Assembly (NCBI RefSeq): GCF_009914755.1
Contig: NC_060930.1
Direction: 5' to 3' (one strand)
DNA length: 64,000 nt
DNA from: the human T2T-CHM13v2.0 reference genome, Homo sapiens
The notes beneath the pieces were generated by a model. That model ran no database searches. It was not told the origin of the DNA and saw only the letters and a program-made list of their open reading frames with translations. Of the stretch, positions 41,641 through 56,899 are shown piece after piece. Numbering within the stretch: the stretch's first letter is position 1; the number at the start of each line of letters is the position of its first letter. Made by a program: the position numbers and the translations under genes.

Positions 41641-43784
41641 TGGGAGCTGGGAAGACGAGAAAGGAGTATAGAAGAAGAGGGAGTTACAGCAAAACAAAAC
41701 CATCAAGAAAAAGCCTCATCCACATTACTTATTAGCTTTGTTCCTTAGAACTTGCAAACATCCGCTGAGGAAGACACAGGGAGTTGGAAATGATGGACCC
41801 CCTTGTATGAAAACAGTTACTGGCTCTACTAAAATTCAGTTTTAAATGTTGAGTTGAGCAAGCTATACACTACTTAAGGAAGAAACCTTAGAAGTCAGAA
41901 TTTACCCTGGTTATGCAAAAAAAAAAAAAAAAAAAAAGGTACATTTCCAAGAGTAGAGTACGATCTAAGGAGATTTTGGGGAGGGTTTTAAAAATCACAA
42001 CCTTAACAGACTTGTTATTGTAAAGTGTTTTTTCCCATGAGAAGTTTGCTTTCCTCCAGTTCTTACAAACCAAACATTACCATATTGGGTTAGTGATTAA
42101 GAAGCTCAAAACAAAATTAAGCAGGCTATCCTGATTTCATTGTCTCTCTTGATTATTTGCTTGTCATATTTCCAACAGCCCCAAATGGCAAGATTTAAAT
42201 AAAAGACAGGCTACTTAAAACACTTTATCTTCTCTTGCTAAAGTAACTGAAACCCCCTCCATTTAGCATGTACTTCACTGTACCTTTTCCTCTACCCAGG
42301 CCTGTTCTGGGCCTGGAGGAGGATTCCAGGAGCAGAATTCAATAGTGCCACCCTGGGAAAATGCCAAACCCCACTGGTTCCAGTCACGCTGGCCTATGTA
42401 CAGTTACTAGAACCCCCTGAGGTGTCTGCGCCCTCACTTGAGGGCTTTTGCACATGCTGGTCCATGTGCCCGGAGTGCTTTCTTCTGCCCAGACCTCTCA
42501 CTCTACTCACAACACAACACAACCCCCACACTCAGAAACATCTTCTGTCGCCACCCCTTTGCTTTTCCTTACCACATAACCTTGTACATTTCCTTCATCA
42601 CCCTGTTACAACTACAATTTAATTCATTGTTTACTTGTTTATTACCTATCTCTCTCTAATAAATGATGTTTCATGACATCAGAGATCAGATGGGTTCTGG
42701 ACATTATTTTACACCCAGACCCTGGCTAACAATAGGCACACAAATATTTGCCTAGCTTGATTAATTAATTAAGCAAATGAAGGCATGACATGATCCACAG
42801 TGGCACTCCACTACCCCCACTCCGCCTTACTCAAACATTGTAGGAAGCTTTTTCTGCCCAGAGGGTCTGAGTTCAGCTCTAGAGTGTGCTGTCTATGCTT
42901 CTCATGCTGTTGTGAGAAGAATGCTTGAGGATATCACTTGTCTGCCAATGTCTCTGGGAAGGTTTCAAACTCAAAAATCAACCCTCTGATCATGATCTGG
43001 CTTCACAAATAAGCCCTTCTTATAATAAAAGGATGCCCAATCACATGCACTTCAACTTTTTTGGTCTCCAGGATAATTCTTTCTCATGGTAAATTAGTAA
43101 GACAGCTCTGGGTATGTGGGGTATGATCCAGCATCCCCTGTAAGTTGACTTCAGGGAGAAATGTAATGAAAACACCAGCACAATGTTTGATGACTGGCTA
43201 TCTCTATAGACATTTATAAACTGGTATTCTGATTTTTTTTTAATCCTGTGCATTTTATATTTACAAAACAACTTTAAATTTAGGGTTTATGGGTCATGAG
43301 TATTAAATGACAGAAGGTATTTTGGCAATACATACATAAAACCTTTACATACTACTTAACCCAGAAATTCCAGTAATAGGAAGTTATCCTAAGAAAGTCA
43401 TCACAAATAAATGTAAAAATTTAGCCACAAGAATGTTCACTGTAGTACTATTTACAATAAAAACAGGAAACCTAAATATCCATATGGGGCTGATTGGATA
43501 ATTTGTGGTAATCCCTATTAAGAAACATCCTGCAGCTTTTCAGAATATCTGGTTAAATGGAATGATAATCGATGACACACAAAAAGGTTCATCATATTAT
43601 AAAAACAAAAAATTGTGTTATAAATCAATATTCCAAAACGTTCTAACTTTAGTTTTTTTCTGGGTGATGGGGTCCTGTGTAACTTTTATCTTCTTATGGT
43701 TTTCTGTGTTATAATTTTTCTCTAAGAGTTATATATCACTCATATAAATGTATTTTGAAAAAGTGTTTAAGAATAAATTTTAAC

Positions 43785-44090
43785 TAGTCACAAAAGGTCA
43801 AATACTATATATGATTTCACTTATATGAGGTACCTAAGGTAGTCAAATTCACAGAGACAGAAAATGGAATGGGGGCTGTTGGGGGCTAGAGGGGGTGGGG
43901 AAAGGGGAGTTAGGGTTTGGTGGGCAGAGTTTCAATCTGCAAGATGAAAAGAGTTCTGGAGATAGATGGTGGTGATGGTAGCACAACAATGTGAATGTAC
44001 CTAATGCCACTAAGTTACACACTTACAAATGGTTACGATAGTACATTTTATGTTATATAGATTTTACAATTTTTTTAAACTAAAAAATAA
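43785..44090 (+). mobile_element. L1MB-like 3' UTR fragment
   Basis: gtcacaaaaggtcaaatact...gatggtggtgatggtagcacaacaatgtgaatgtacctaatgccact. Confidence 0.85.
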
Positions 44091-44606
44091 ATCAGTAAAT
44101 CTTGAGTACAGCCAAGTCTCTGTTATTAGGATTTTCAAGAGGCAAGAGTAAATAAGCCCGGATTTGACTTAGAACACATAGCCCTGAGCCACATCATCCA
44201 CGTGCCCCCCAGCACTAGAGTGTGCCCTGGGATGAGCGGGCATCTGTCTGCTTCCTGACCACTGGTGCTGGCCACATGTTTCCTGGCCCACTGAGGACAG
44301 AGATGCTCTCCAGTCTCTTTAGTAGCATAGAGCTTTCTTCCTCTTTTGCCAATGTCCCTCAGTTTGACTCTCAGATGAAGAAACTGACTTGGTTGCCCCA
44401 GAAAAGCATGGCTTCCTTCCAAGCCTGGCCACAGTGACTGCAGGGGATGGTGGGCCCAGGAAAGATTCATGGCTATATCCTCCATGAGCCACAGGTTCAG
44501 GAATTTGCCCCCAAAGTCCTTTAGCTAGTAGCTGGCAGAGCCAGACAAGGAAAAGAATCTCACCTTAAAGTCAAGACAAGTCACCTCTCTACTATAAAGA
44601 GGAAAA

Positions 44607-45332
<726 letters not shown>

Positions 45333-46124
45333 CTAAGTTGCAGACCTGTGCCCGAGGGCTGGACTCAGCCTTCAGATGTGTTGGTTTGGTTTACACAATG
45401 TTGACCCGCATGGTGTTTGCAGAATTTCTAAATTAGTTGGCAACATTTAAAAATCAGAGTATTTCTACCTAAAAAGAGATTTCTTTGGATTCTTTTGTAG
45501 GGGGTGGAAAAGGAAGCTCTTAGGCTCACAGGTTTTACACTCCTATGTGACAATTGGCTGGAAGTGAGCAGCAGCTACTCCTTTAGATAGACCCTCTCCC
45601 CTGTCCAGTTCAGCGATTTACCTGCCTGGCCTTGCTGCTCCTTGAGCTGTAGCCCCTCAACTGTACTGGGAACTGCCTGTGAGGCCGCTCTGGTACCTGG
45701 CATGATGCTGGCTGGGCTCCCTGTAAGTGCTTGGAAATGCTCAGCCACTATGGGGGAAGCTTGTGATGCAGCAGCTCTAGTCAGTGAGCCTTAACAACAG
45801 TCCTGTGACAAGACTTGTGGCTGGGCCTGAGGTTTGGTCCTTACCCCAACCCAGTCAGAGTGCAGCACCCTGGGCCCCAACCATGCTTCCATGCACTATC
45901 AAAACGCAACATCCTGCCCATTCTCCTCTGAAAATGTTAAAAGGAAGCCATGCTCTGGAGAACAGATCAATGGTCATGATGCCTCACATCCTGTCTCCAA
46001 CAGAACTCAATGTTAGATGCTTTGGAGAAAGGAGTAGGAGCTGCACAAAGCACCACGTGGTGCAGCAGGTCCTCTTCTGATGAAGAAGACAGAGAGCAGA
46101 AGAGAGGGAAGTTCTTAGCGGTTA

Positions 46125-46532
<408 letters not shown>

Positions 46533-46578
46533 TCAGGGTTAACAGGGCCAGGAGAAGATGGAGACCAGTGATTCTTAC

Positions 46579-46642
46579 CTGCTGTAGGCACGCTAATGTT
46601 ATACTGAGGTAAAATAAATAGAAAGGCAGTCTTGGCTGTGAC
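46579..46642 (-). CDS. TRAM2: TRAM2 exon 2 ([21 protein letters not shown])
   Basis: ttttacag|GTC ... CAG|gtaaga; 64 nt; contains an N-I-S sequon. Exon 1 is outside the window, so 46643-64000 is intron 1. Confidence 0.97.
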
Positions 46643-49371
46643 CTGTAAAACAAAGGAAAAGAGTTCCAGTTTAGCTTTTGGCCACATCAAAAGAAACAAG
46701 TGGAAGCTGCTAACCGCCCCTTTTACATCTTAGACCCTCAAACCTCTTGACTGAACGGTTCTGCCTAATGCAGAGTTAGCATTAGTTTTTGTTCTATTTT
46801 TCTTTAATGACATACCTCTCAATACCTGTACCCTGGGACTCAGATGGTATCTAGACTGGTACTCACTGCAGATGAGATGAAACAAGCTGTGCATGGCAGG
46901 ACAGGAGCTCACAAGTGAATAGTACAAATTTGTCAGCCATTCGTTCATTCAGATATTTATCAGTTTAGTTCTGTGCATCAGCATTGTGGAAGACAGAAAC
47001 TAATAAATAAAGTCACAACCTTCAAGAAGGTTAGGACCTAGCTGAGGTTTCCACAGCACTTTGGCTGCCTGTGCATTGGAGAGCAGCCCTGAAAGTCGAC
47101 ACCTGAGCTTCAGAAACAGAGAATTCCAGCTGCTAATTTCACATCTACCTTACTGGGAGGCATGGGGCCAGAAGTAACATCCCACATTCCTGGTTTGTTT
47201 ATTTCAAAAACTGCCTTTAAAATCTTAGTTGTGCTGTGAAACAAAAAACTGTGGTTGCCACCTAGTTATGAATGGCCAAATCAGTACTGTGACAGTTTAG
47301 CCAGCAGGGGAGGGATGACAAAACCTGGGGGTTTGAAGGTTGGACTCAAGAATCGACTACCTGGGTTCAAATGCCAGCTCTGCCATTTTCTTGCTATGTA
47401 TCTACCAGCAAGTAATCTTATACGCTGAGCCTCAGTCTGCTTGTCCATAAAATCAGGGTTGCTTGTAATACCTCAGCTAGTTTGGGTACTACAGACTGGT
47501 GTGGCGCTGGCCCAGCTGCTAGCGTTGTTCAAAGCTCCCCAGAGGTTTCGGATGTGCAGGTGGGCCTGAGAACCACCATCCACACTGTTCTGAAACCTGC
47601 AGCAAGGCCAGGTGAGGAGGCAGCCCAGGACCAGGCCTTTCCCAAGGGCCCTCTGGAGACACCTCGTCAATAAAGGGGTGCTGGTTCTTCTCTAACAGAG
47701 GTTTGAAGGATGCACATGTGAGGGATAGGGTGGAGGACAAACACACTGGACAGTGGCAAAGGCAGCATGGAAATGAGTGAATGATACATCACAGATGCCC
47801 TGTGTTGCCCAGACATGCCAGTGAGAGGTCACTATCCTCAGCTACCTCTAGAGACAACCCTCTCCTTTAAAGAGCAAATCTCCCCACTCCCCTGGTCAAC
47901 AAGACCCATCCCATTCAGTGGGTGTCATTTACTCTGTACACAGAGATGCAGGACAAGACTTCTCGTGTCTTTGTGCTGCAGCCTTAGACATGTCCTATCA
48001 GGCTTGCAGGGAAAAACCCAAATGAGATTAGCTAAGAGGAGTGATAGAAAACACCAAGCCCTATCCGAATATACAGGTCTTCCTAATCCCCACCCTAAAA
48101 CCTTATTACCTTTGGTCAAGACCTTTTTCAGTGTTCTCGACCTACCTTCCTGTCCAACTGCCTGTATTTTCTTTAGAACAGATGTGCTGGGTTTCAGCCA
48201 ATATATTCTACTCACCACTTCCTTTGGGGAGTTTTAGCCACTCTCAGTTTGCGTCCTACCTTTCCTATACCCACCACCACACACACACAGCTCTCCTGAT
48301 TAGAATCTCACACATCCCTTCATGACCCACCTCAATTGTAACCTCTGTGAAGCCATTCCCAGCTGTTCAAGGGGCATGATCTCTGCTTGCCGGATGCACT
48401 CTGTGTCATGCTCTGCTGTATTTATCATTTCCATACCCTTGTTCATAGTTCTCATCAGGCTCTCACCTCCTCCACAGTTCTCATCAGACTCCTCACAGTC
48501 CCACAGGCAGGGACTGTGCCGTCCCGTCCCATTTATCCTCGCAGCCCCTCTTACGTAAGGAGCCCAGATGCACACAGTAAGTGCTCAGTAACAGCTCATT
48601 GCTTAAGATGAAAAATCAAAAGCCAAGTCAGCTTCACTCAGCTGTACTTATTCCCCCTCTGTCGTGGGAGCTGCCCCCAGTGCCATCATCCAGGCTGTCC
48701 TCTACCATCAACGGCCTTCTCTGTGAGACCTTTCCAGGCACTAAGCCACCTGAATCCAGCTCTGCCACAGAGCCCCTCCTGCCCACGCTAGCCATGTTGG
48801 CTCTCCCTCTCTGAACTCCGCTCATATAGGTCATTCCTGGCCCAACCACCTAACACTTCATATTGTCTGACATGACTCCTCTGAAAATAAACCTCATCTT
48901 CTCAGCCTGAAATCCCTGTGAAGGAAGATCAGAGGAGTTGGAAGAAATGAGAGAAAGGAGGAGCCAGGAGAAAGCAGGCAGGCATAAACCAAACACTCTA
49001 CCCTGCCTAGGCACATATCTCCCACTTGATTTCATTCAAGAAATGCACATGTCTTTTAGAGCACAGGGTGGAGACCTCTGTGGGGCTTGGGTTGTCTGCC
49101 ATCCATTCTCCTCTCTTAATGGCACCAGGGTTTCCTGAGGGAAGCCTCTCTCCAGCTGTGTGTGGGCATAGGATGTGTGTGGGGTCACTACGGGGGATGG
49201 GAGGATGGAGGGGATAGACCCTCTCCTCAGGGCAGGAGCTGGGCCAACCGGACACCCTGCCCTGGGCTCTGGGTCTTGGGCGGGTATGAGGAGGTGCTGC
49301 TGGCCCCCACAGAGCCTCCTTCAGTTGGCCAGGGTCCACTTCTAGGACACATTATCATTCAATGGGAAGAG

Positions 49372-49535
49372 CACTGGTGTTCAACTCCGGCTGCACATTA
49401 GAATCCCTGGGGGAGCTTCTAAAATCTCTGTGCCTGAGCCACACCCCAGCCAATTAAACCAGACTCTTTGGGGCATGGGCATTTTGTCAAACTCCCCAGA
49501 GCATTCCAATGCGCTGCCAAGTCTGAGAACTTTTG
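49372..49535. mobile_element. MER5-type hAT MITE
   Basis: ggtgttcaactccggctgcacattagaatccctgggggagctt...ccaattaaaccagactct...ccaagtctgagaac. Confidence 0.7.
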
Positions 49536-49607
49536 CATTTTTTTTAAAGGAAGATAGACATCTGGTATGTGGGCTCTACATATATTCTTGCCCTCACCCA
49601 ACATATA

Positions 49608-50248
49608 CAGTTAACTGTCATCATTCACACGAATTATGTTCTCTCAAGTCACTGCAAACACTGAATTAGTGAACACTGAAACCTTGTTCCTGGGAGAAAT
49701 ACAGGGTTAGGTTCCTGCAAGCCTCTGGTCCCATTTTTGTCAACAGATCAATTCATAACCTTGTTTTATGTGTGTTTCTGTTTAAAGACACCTAATTTAA
49801 CATATATTGTTGATTCATTAACATTGAATTCATGGCCAACAGCGCCATAACTCATGCCAGAATAAAGCTTGTCTAACCACATATGCTATCTCCATGAGGC
49901 ACATCATAGTCATCCTACGCTTAGGATGCTAGACAGCACTTCTGCATGACAGTTGGGGGCCATTTTTAAATAGTGAAATCACCAAAAAGCAGCAGAAAAA
50001 TGCAAAAAATGTGGCACTAAAGAGACTACGAAAAGGACATCTGTCTACAGGATGAGAGCCGGAACTGGAGGCAGAGTGTCGCCTTGTTTGGCCTCAACTG
50101 GGAATGTGAGTGTTGGGCAACCCAAAAGTGTTTGCAGCTCTGCACATCTCTGTGAATGACCAAAGAAGCTGATTTGGGGGTTACAAATAAATCTCAGCAA
50201 GTAAGCGAATTTGCAAAAACAAAATCCACAAATAATAAGGATCAAACG
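49608..50248 (+). mobile_element. MER82 (Tigger family), near full length
   Basis: 641 bp between TA dinucleotides; gaacactgaa...gggagaaatacagggttaggttcctgcaagcctctggtc...; degenerate TIRs. Confidence 0.8.
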
Positions 50249-51914
50249 TATCAGGGAAAACCTGAACGTCAGCACCATGAGGGCCAAGATTTTTTTTCTT
50301 TTTTAACAACTGTATTCAGGTATAATTTACACAACAAAAAAAAAAAATCACCCATTTTAAGTGTACAGCTCTAAAGCATTTATCTTTATTTTTAAACTGT
50401 CTCTTCCTTGGGGAAACATAAGCTGTAGGAGCGTGGGGATCTGACCTGCCTTGATGATCTGACTTGCCTTGTTTGAGGTGCACATCCATGGATGGCTTCA
50501 AACTGCCCCAGAACAGAGCGGCACTCAGCAAATGCTTAAATGAACACAGTGACTAAGCAGGAGAGAGTCGGTGCTGTGCTCAGCTATCTGACCCTCATCC
50601 TGTCATCTGTCCACGATTATTCTTCTCTGTATGTCTTCTCTCTCTCGGTCTGTCCCAGAGCTGGGTGAATAGTAGGTTTCTCATAAATTCCTATTTGACA
50701 AACTCATACTGTAAGCAGCTATAATATTTAGTGACTACAGATGAATGCTTAACATGTTTTCTGAACATGATTCTGAGAGAACAGGATCTACGGCCATAAT
50801 CATGACAAAAATACTAGATCCCAGTATTTTTCCATCCCTAGCCCCCCTGGTAGTAGCAGCAGAAACCATTCTAAAAAGTGCAACTTTCTCTGTAAACAGC
50901 CATGCTTGCTCCCACATTACCATATCTCAACAAGATGGTGTCAGTTTCCCTGGTTTATAGATGAAAAAGCCAAATTTGGGGCACAGAGAGATAAAGTAGC
51001 CTCCCGAGACCTCACAACTATACAAGCAGAAAAGGCAACATTCAACTTGATTTTTTAAAAACCTTGTCCCAAAAACAAACTTAGGAGGCACACAATACTG
51101 CACATAGAATAGAATGGTAATGTAAAATGGAAGCAGGAAAGAACACAAAAAATATGCATTTTAGGCAAAGAAAAGAAGCAAGGAATGAGGCTGATCCACA
51201 AAAATGCATTCCAGGAAGTCCTACTCATTGGCTAAAGGTGGCCAGAAATTTGGCTCCAAGCTTTTCTGCAGCCACCTGAAGGAGTGATCAGCTTCTAGAT
51301 TGACCACATCCATCCATTAAAAAAGCAAAAAGCACTAGTCAAGAGCAGACTTACTTCTTCAGCCTTCTTCTGTGCCTTAAAAGGTCCTTTAGCACCCCAA
51401 GTCTTCACTCCATGACCCTCTCCCGACCTCAGACTAGGGATGAAACCACTAACAAGTCCCTCTCCGCAAGCACCAGCTGAGTTCCTGTAGCACACAGGGC
51501 TGAGAACCAGGAGCCTATTAAAAATGTCATTCCAATTATTTCTCATCCCTCTAAGGCTGTTTATAGGAAACATTATTGAGTTTAATAGCATTTTAAATGC
51601 CAAGCTCAGTGGGTAAAAGGTTAAAAGTGACAACGTGCTAATACACTAATGTAAAAGGAGAACACTGAATTATGTAGGAAGGGTCACATCACACACACAC
51701 ATATACACAGAGAGAAAGAGAGAGTGAGAAAGAGAGAAAGTTTCATTAAATTTTTAACTAAAACAGGGCATCAAACACAAAGGCAAAGGCCTTGAGCATG
51801 CTTGTGTAGCCATAACAAACCAAAACTGTTTCACATGCCATGCTGTATTAGGGGCACATGAACCTGAGCTCTTGGCTGCAACTAGACCAAGGATGCTGGT
51901 GAAATAGCTGCTTC

Positions 51915-52165
51915 CAGCTAAGCATAGTGGATGTGGATTCCAGTCCCAAGTCTGCTGTGGGCCAGCTGGGTGACCTTGGGCAGGACATTTCACCTCTCTA
52001 GACCCCAGTTTACTCATCTATTAATAACGACAACAACAGTTAATGTTATCGAGTGCTTATTTGGTGCCATGCATGAGTCCAAGGGCTTCACATAAATCTA
52101 TCTCATGTCATCCCCACAATGACCCTACAAGATAGGTACTAATCATGTCCCCATTTCACAGATAA
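51915..52165. mobile_element. Two MIR fragments in opposite orientation
   Basis: gtgaccttgggcagg...cccagtttactcatct (+) and ccccatttcacagataag (-). Confidence 0.65.
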
Positions 52166-55100
52166 GCACGGGAAGGATAAAGCCAAAGGAGCAGCTCAGA
52201 ACGAATGTCCTTAAAGGTCCTTCTCACCCTCAGCTCGAAAAGGTAAACTTTACCTGATTCTACTTACTTTCCAATGCCCAAAACGCAACCTTACACTGAC
52301 AAACTTTCTAAGAGGTCTTTCCAGAAGTTTAAAATATATTGTTGCTTCTTCACTTTGTGAAGATAAGGTCTGGGTATCACCTATGTCTGACAGAGCAAGA
52401 AAATAAGGCCTCTCGGGTTAATCCACCACCTGCCAGCCACAGGCACTGGGTACACCTAGGCTTCCAGATGCCCAGATAGGTTCTCCTTTCACTGCAAGTT
52501 GTTAGCTGGTCACCAAAGATAAAAGAGAAGAACTGTGATGAAAGCAGTTTCATGGCTTCTCTTTTAAAGTATTAAATCCTTTGGTTCAGTTTATTCTGTT
52601 TTTTTTTTTTTTTGGCAGACACATCCATGCATTGGCACTTGGAAGGGGCTGTGTGGGCAGACCAGCCCCCGGGGGCAGACAGGGTACAGAAGGCCTTATT
52701 TTACAGGAGCAGCTCTGCTCTTAATGACTTCTGTCCCACGGACACCACACCTCCCACCTAAAGGACAAAACACAGAGACACATATGTCCCACGACTGACA
52801 GTGAGGACCCTCATTTTTTCTTCCTGAGAAACACAGGGTAAAGCCAAGTGACAGGTCCTGCTGAGGCTGGGAAATTAGGTACCTAAAACTTCCCTTCTTC
52901 TCCCAGCTCGGCCTGTTTTTGGAAGCCAAAGGGTCTTCACTAAGGCTTTCCCCAGATTGATTTTGCATCTTTCTGCGGAGGAAGTGAATAGGAAAATTTC
53001 AGGCAGACAAGAAAACCTTGGAAAGTTACGCCCAATTGGTGGGGAAGAGATTTTTGGTTTTTTTTTTTTTTAAAAAAAAATAGTCTTTTAGCCTTTTTTC
53101 CTGGAGTGTTTATGTCCCAAGCCCACTGATCACCTGCATGTGCCAGGTATGTGGTCGGGGTGTGATGGACGTGGGTTTGCAGCCCCTCCACTGCTCGATA
53201 AAAGGCAGATACAGCTGAAACAAAGATGCTTTTCACTTGTGCTTTCTGAAAATCTCCGTTTTGAAGGGCCAGAGGCTGTCTGTGAGGGCTGAGCGCCTGA
53301 ATCACAGGGGGCAGAGTTATGACAGTACCTTTCTGTGTGGCTTTTAGCAACGCCTAGAGATTCTGGTTTTTCACCTGAAAAACTGCCTTGATACAAAAAT
53401 CAGGCAAAGCTAAACAAACACGCACACAACAGATTCTCTACAAGCCTGTGATCACGATGTTGAATAGACTCACTATTAACAGTTTTGATAGCAGTTTTAG
53501 ATTAAAAGTGACATTGTGTATTTATGAAAAAAACTCGAAATTTGAATAGCCACAATAAAATTATATTACTTGGTTTGTTACAGTCATTGATTTAAAAGTC
53601 TAAACTTTATATTGGGATACAGAGGAATGTAGAAAGAGTCACAATAAAGGGTTTAAAAAATCTTTGAAGTTGGGCTTTTTAAAAAAGAGAATAAAGCTTG
53701 AACTTGCCATAATATACATCCCCAATTTGGGAAATTAATCGGGTACTGAAAAACAGAGGGTGGCCTAGGGAAAGCCCTTCCCCACTGCCTTTATATCCAC
53801 AAGTTAATTATAACTTTAAGAAGACTGTGTATTTATGCAATTTATGCTGGTATAGCTTGAACTTGGCCTTCTACGTGCTTTATAGATAGCCTTATATAAA
53901 ACATACGAATTTGCTGAAGTAAATGTATTACTTCTTTGAGAGCCTTAATATATATATTCTCATCCTCCCCTAAAAAAAAGCACTGACTAGGTATTTCTAA
54001 TACTTACCACTTGATTATATACTTCACTCTCACTCACACCCACCTGCCCCCACCAAGTAGCTTTTCCCCTTATCTGGATAGCATAGCATACTCATAAACC
54101 ATTCCTTATGGAAGCTAAAAACTACATAAAAAATTTTAAATGCTCAGGCAAAATAATTTTCCAGAATAGTGACATTCTTAATATTTATTTCTCCTGCATC
54201 ATGGGGCAGAGTTCATATTACTGGTTGTGTTTGGATATGAGTAAAACACACATTGGTCAGAACAAAATGTTTTTACTTTTGGCCAAAAGCCACCTGTTCT
54301 GATGCAGTATCATTGATACATTAAAAATAATAACATAAAAAAGAAAGGATTATGGAGTGAAAAATTTTAGGTTGTGAGTTATTTTTGGAGAGTTCAGATT
54401 AGGTAATATTTTAGACTTGACTACAGAAAAGAAACCCCTCACCGGTGTAGCACAGTGTCATTTCAGCTGTAGTTTTTAAAGATGTTTTCGCTCCGTAAGA
54501 CAGAAAGCAAAAAGAGAGGAGGGTCATTCTAATCAGTATAGATGTGTCTGCGACATCCTGTCTGTCACTAATCTTCAGCAAGCAACAAGAGTGGGTGCCA
54601 GGGAGAATCATCCCCAAGGAACTTCTGGCATTTCCTGGTATTCAGGGAAATAAAAGGATTATTCAAGGTCTCCACATACTCAGGGTAGCTGGACCAGGCA
54701 GGACCCAGGTATATTTGCCTTCATTTGCTTGTTTGCTCTTAGAGAAAGCCAGAGTTGGCAGACAGTGACCTGCTGCAACCATTTCAAATTATTCTCCACC
54801 ACCTTGAAAGTTTCAAACATCAGCATGTTGACCCCCACATTTTGACTGAAGAGCTAGGCACGTGGATTAGAGCCTGCTAAGAAAATGAACCGTGAGTTCA
54901 CACAGCGATGGAGCAGGGTGAAGCCATCTCCGGGGGCCATAAACCAGGCCCGTCAGCAGGGCTGCAGGCCAATTCTCACAGGAAGCCTTCAAATTCCTCT
55001 GGGTATTTGTGTAGGGGCACATAAAGACAGGCCTTGACCCTGGATGTCAACCTCCGCCTATCATTAAACTAAGCAAACTGAGGCCGGAAAGTGAAAATAT

Positions 55101-56899
55101 GAGTTTTTTAAATGTTAGATGTGTGATCTCTGTGTCCTAGTTTCCATACTACCCCTACTCCATGGAGGAGTGTGTCAGTAAAAGAGCTTAAATGAGGGGT
55201 CCCAAGGAGTTGGCCATGGTACCATTCCAGTAGCTTTAGAAGTCAAGGTCAGGCTGGGGACCTCTGCTATGTGTGTCTCACTTCTGAATCACCTTGGTTT
55301 CCTGTCACTCTCTGTTACAGCAGTGCATCCTCCTCCTGTGGGAAATGCATCCTAACACACTCGGCACTGGCGTTTGAGTCCATCTTGCTCGAGTCTACAA
55401 AGACCGGCCAATGACCACCTACGTGAGGGAACCCGATAAGCAGAACTTCATGATGATGATTTGATTCCAGCGTCTTAAACCAAGGCCAAGAACATTAATG
55501 AAAAACATCCAGCACTCAAATGTCTCTGTTTGTCAGCAAATAATATTCACAAGGGGATATTCAGAATCATCTTCAAAGTGGAGAAGGAAAATAACAACAT
55601 AAAAGGCAAGAGTTCCCGGGAAAATGTGCTACAGATGAACAGGAGATACAAATATAACACCAAAGGCAGGGCCTCAGGTAAACACTCCCCACACTTTGCC
55701 ACAAACCAGTCTCCGCATACCCCTAAGCCAAATAAACAAAGCCTGGGCAAATGTCAATATTTAAATACCATATCCCAAGGTTTCTCTCTCACATACACAG
55801 TTATATACGTATAAAATCTCATTAGACTAACTTGAAAGTGGGTTTTAACTAAAATATAAAAAGACTTGGGGATTTTTTCTCAGTCCTGCTAGGCTAGTCT
55901 CCATTCCAAGCTCTAGCATCCCAGGAATCTGATGGTGACTTCATGCAGGGCAAAGGTGGCCCAGGAAGAAAACCAAAAATTAGACGGAGAGGCTGGACCC
56001 CCATCTGAACTCACAGCTGGGTCTCAGAGGTTGACAGGAGGCATCAGACACCCTCGGCCATGGCTCAATGTGCAAAACCCCACTTGGGGCTGAATGCAGG
56101 CCTTGGACCAAGGTCCAGGAGGCCAGGTGTCCCCCACCCGAGGCCCATTAAGTAAGTCTCTTTCAGGGGGCTACAAGAAGGGACAGGAACTGCCTGGGAC
56201 ACGAATGACCTTAAGCTTTTGCCAAGAAGCACAGATAATCTCTCTGTAAGAAAATCACAGGGTAAGAGCATAAGAAGGGGCGGACACACACAAAGAGAAG
56301 GAAAGAGGAAAGCAGCTCTCCTGCCAAGGCCTTGCAGGAGTAGGGGAGGAATTGGGAGCATGGTTCTCTTCCTTCATTCTCCTAGTCACTGCTATGAACC
56401 CCACCCCCACCTATTGCACACATACCCAAGGCCACACAAGGAACCAAGGCCATGGCCTTGCCAAGGGCAGCTGGAAGAACCAACCCCAAGTGCTGTTTCT
56501 GCCATCTCCCTCTGACCAAGCTCCGGAAAAGACAACAGATCCATCTTAAAATTCCACAGGCCCTGTTCCATAGTCCTCCATGGCTCCCTATTGCTCAGGA
56601 GAGAATCAGGACCTATGCTGACATTCCAACTCCAAGGTGGCCCTACCTTGCTTTTCATGTTTTGCCCCCACTCCCACACTCAGGAATTTTGCTCCAACCC
56701 CACACCCAGCACCACCATCCCAGGTAGGAATGGTACCACCGCTCAAATGTGCAGCCCAGACAGATAAATCAGTACGCAAAAAAGTCATTTACAACACAAC
56801 AGAATCATCATTCTCACAGGGCAAGTACAGGCGGTTCAGGATGGAGAGGCTCCTGACTGTGAGAACTGAGGCTGCCCCACCCCAGGGAAAACTTCACCA

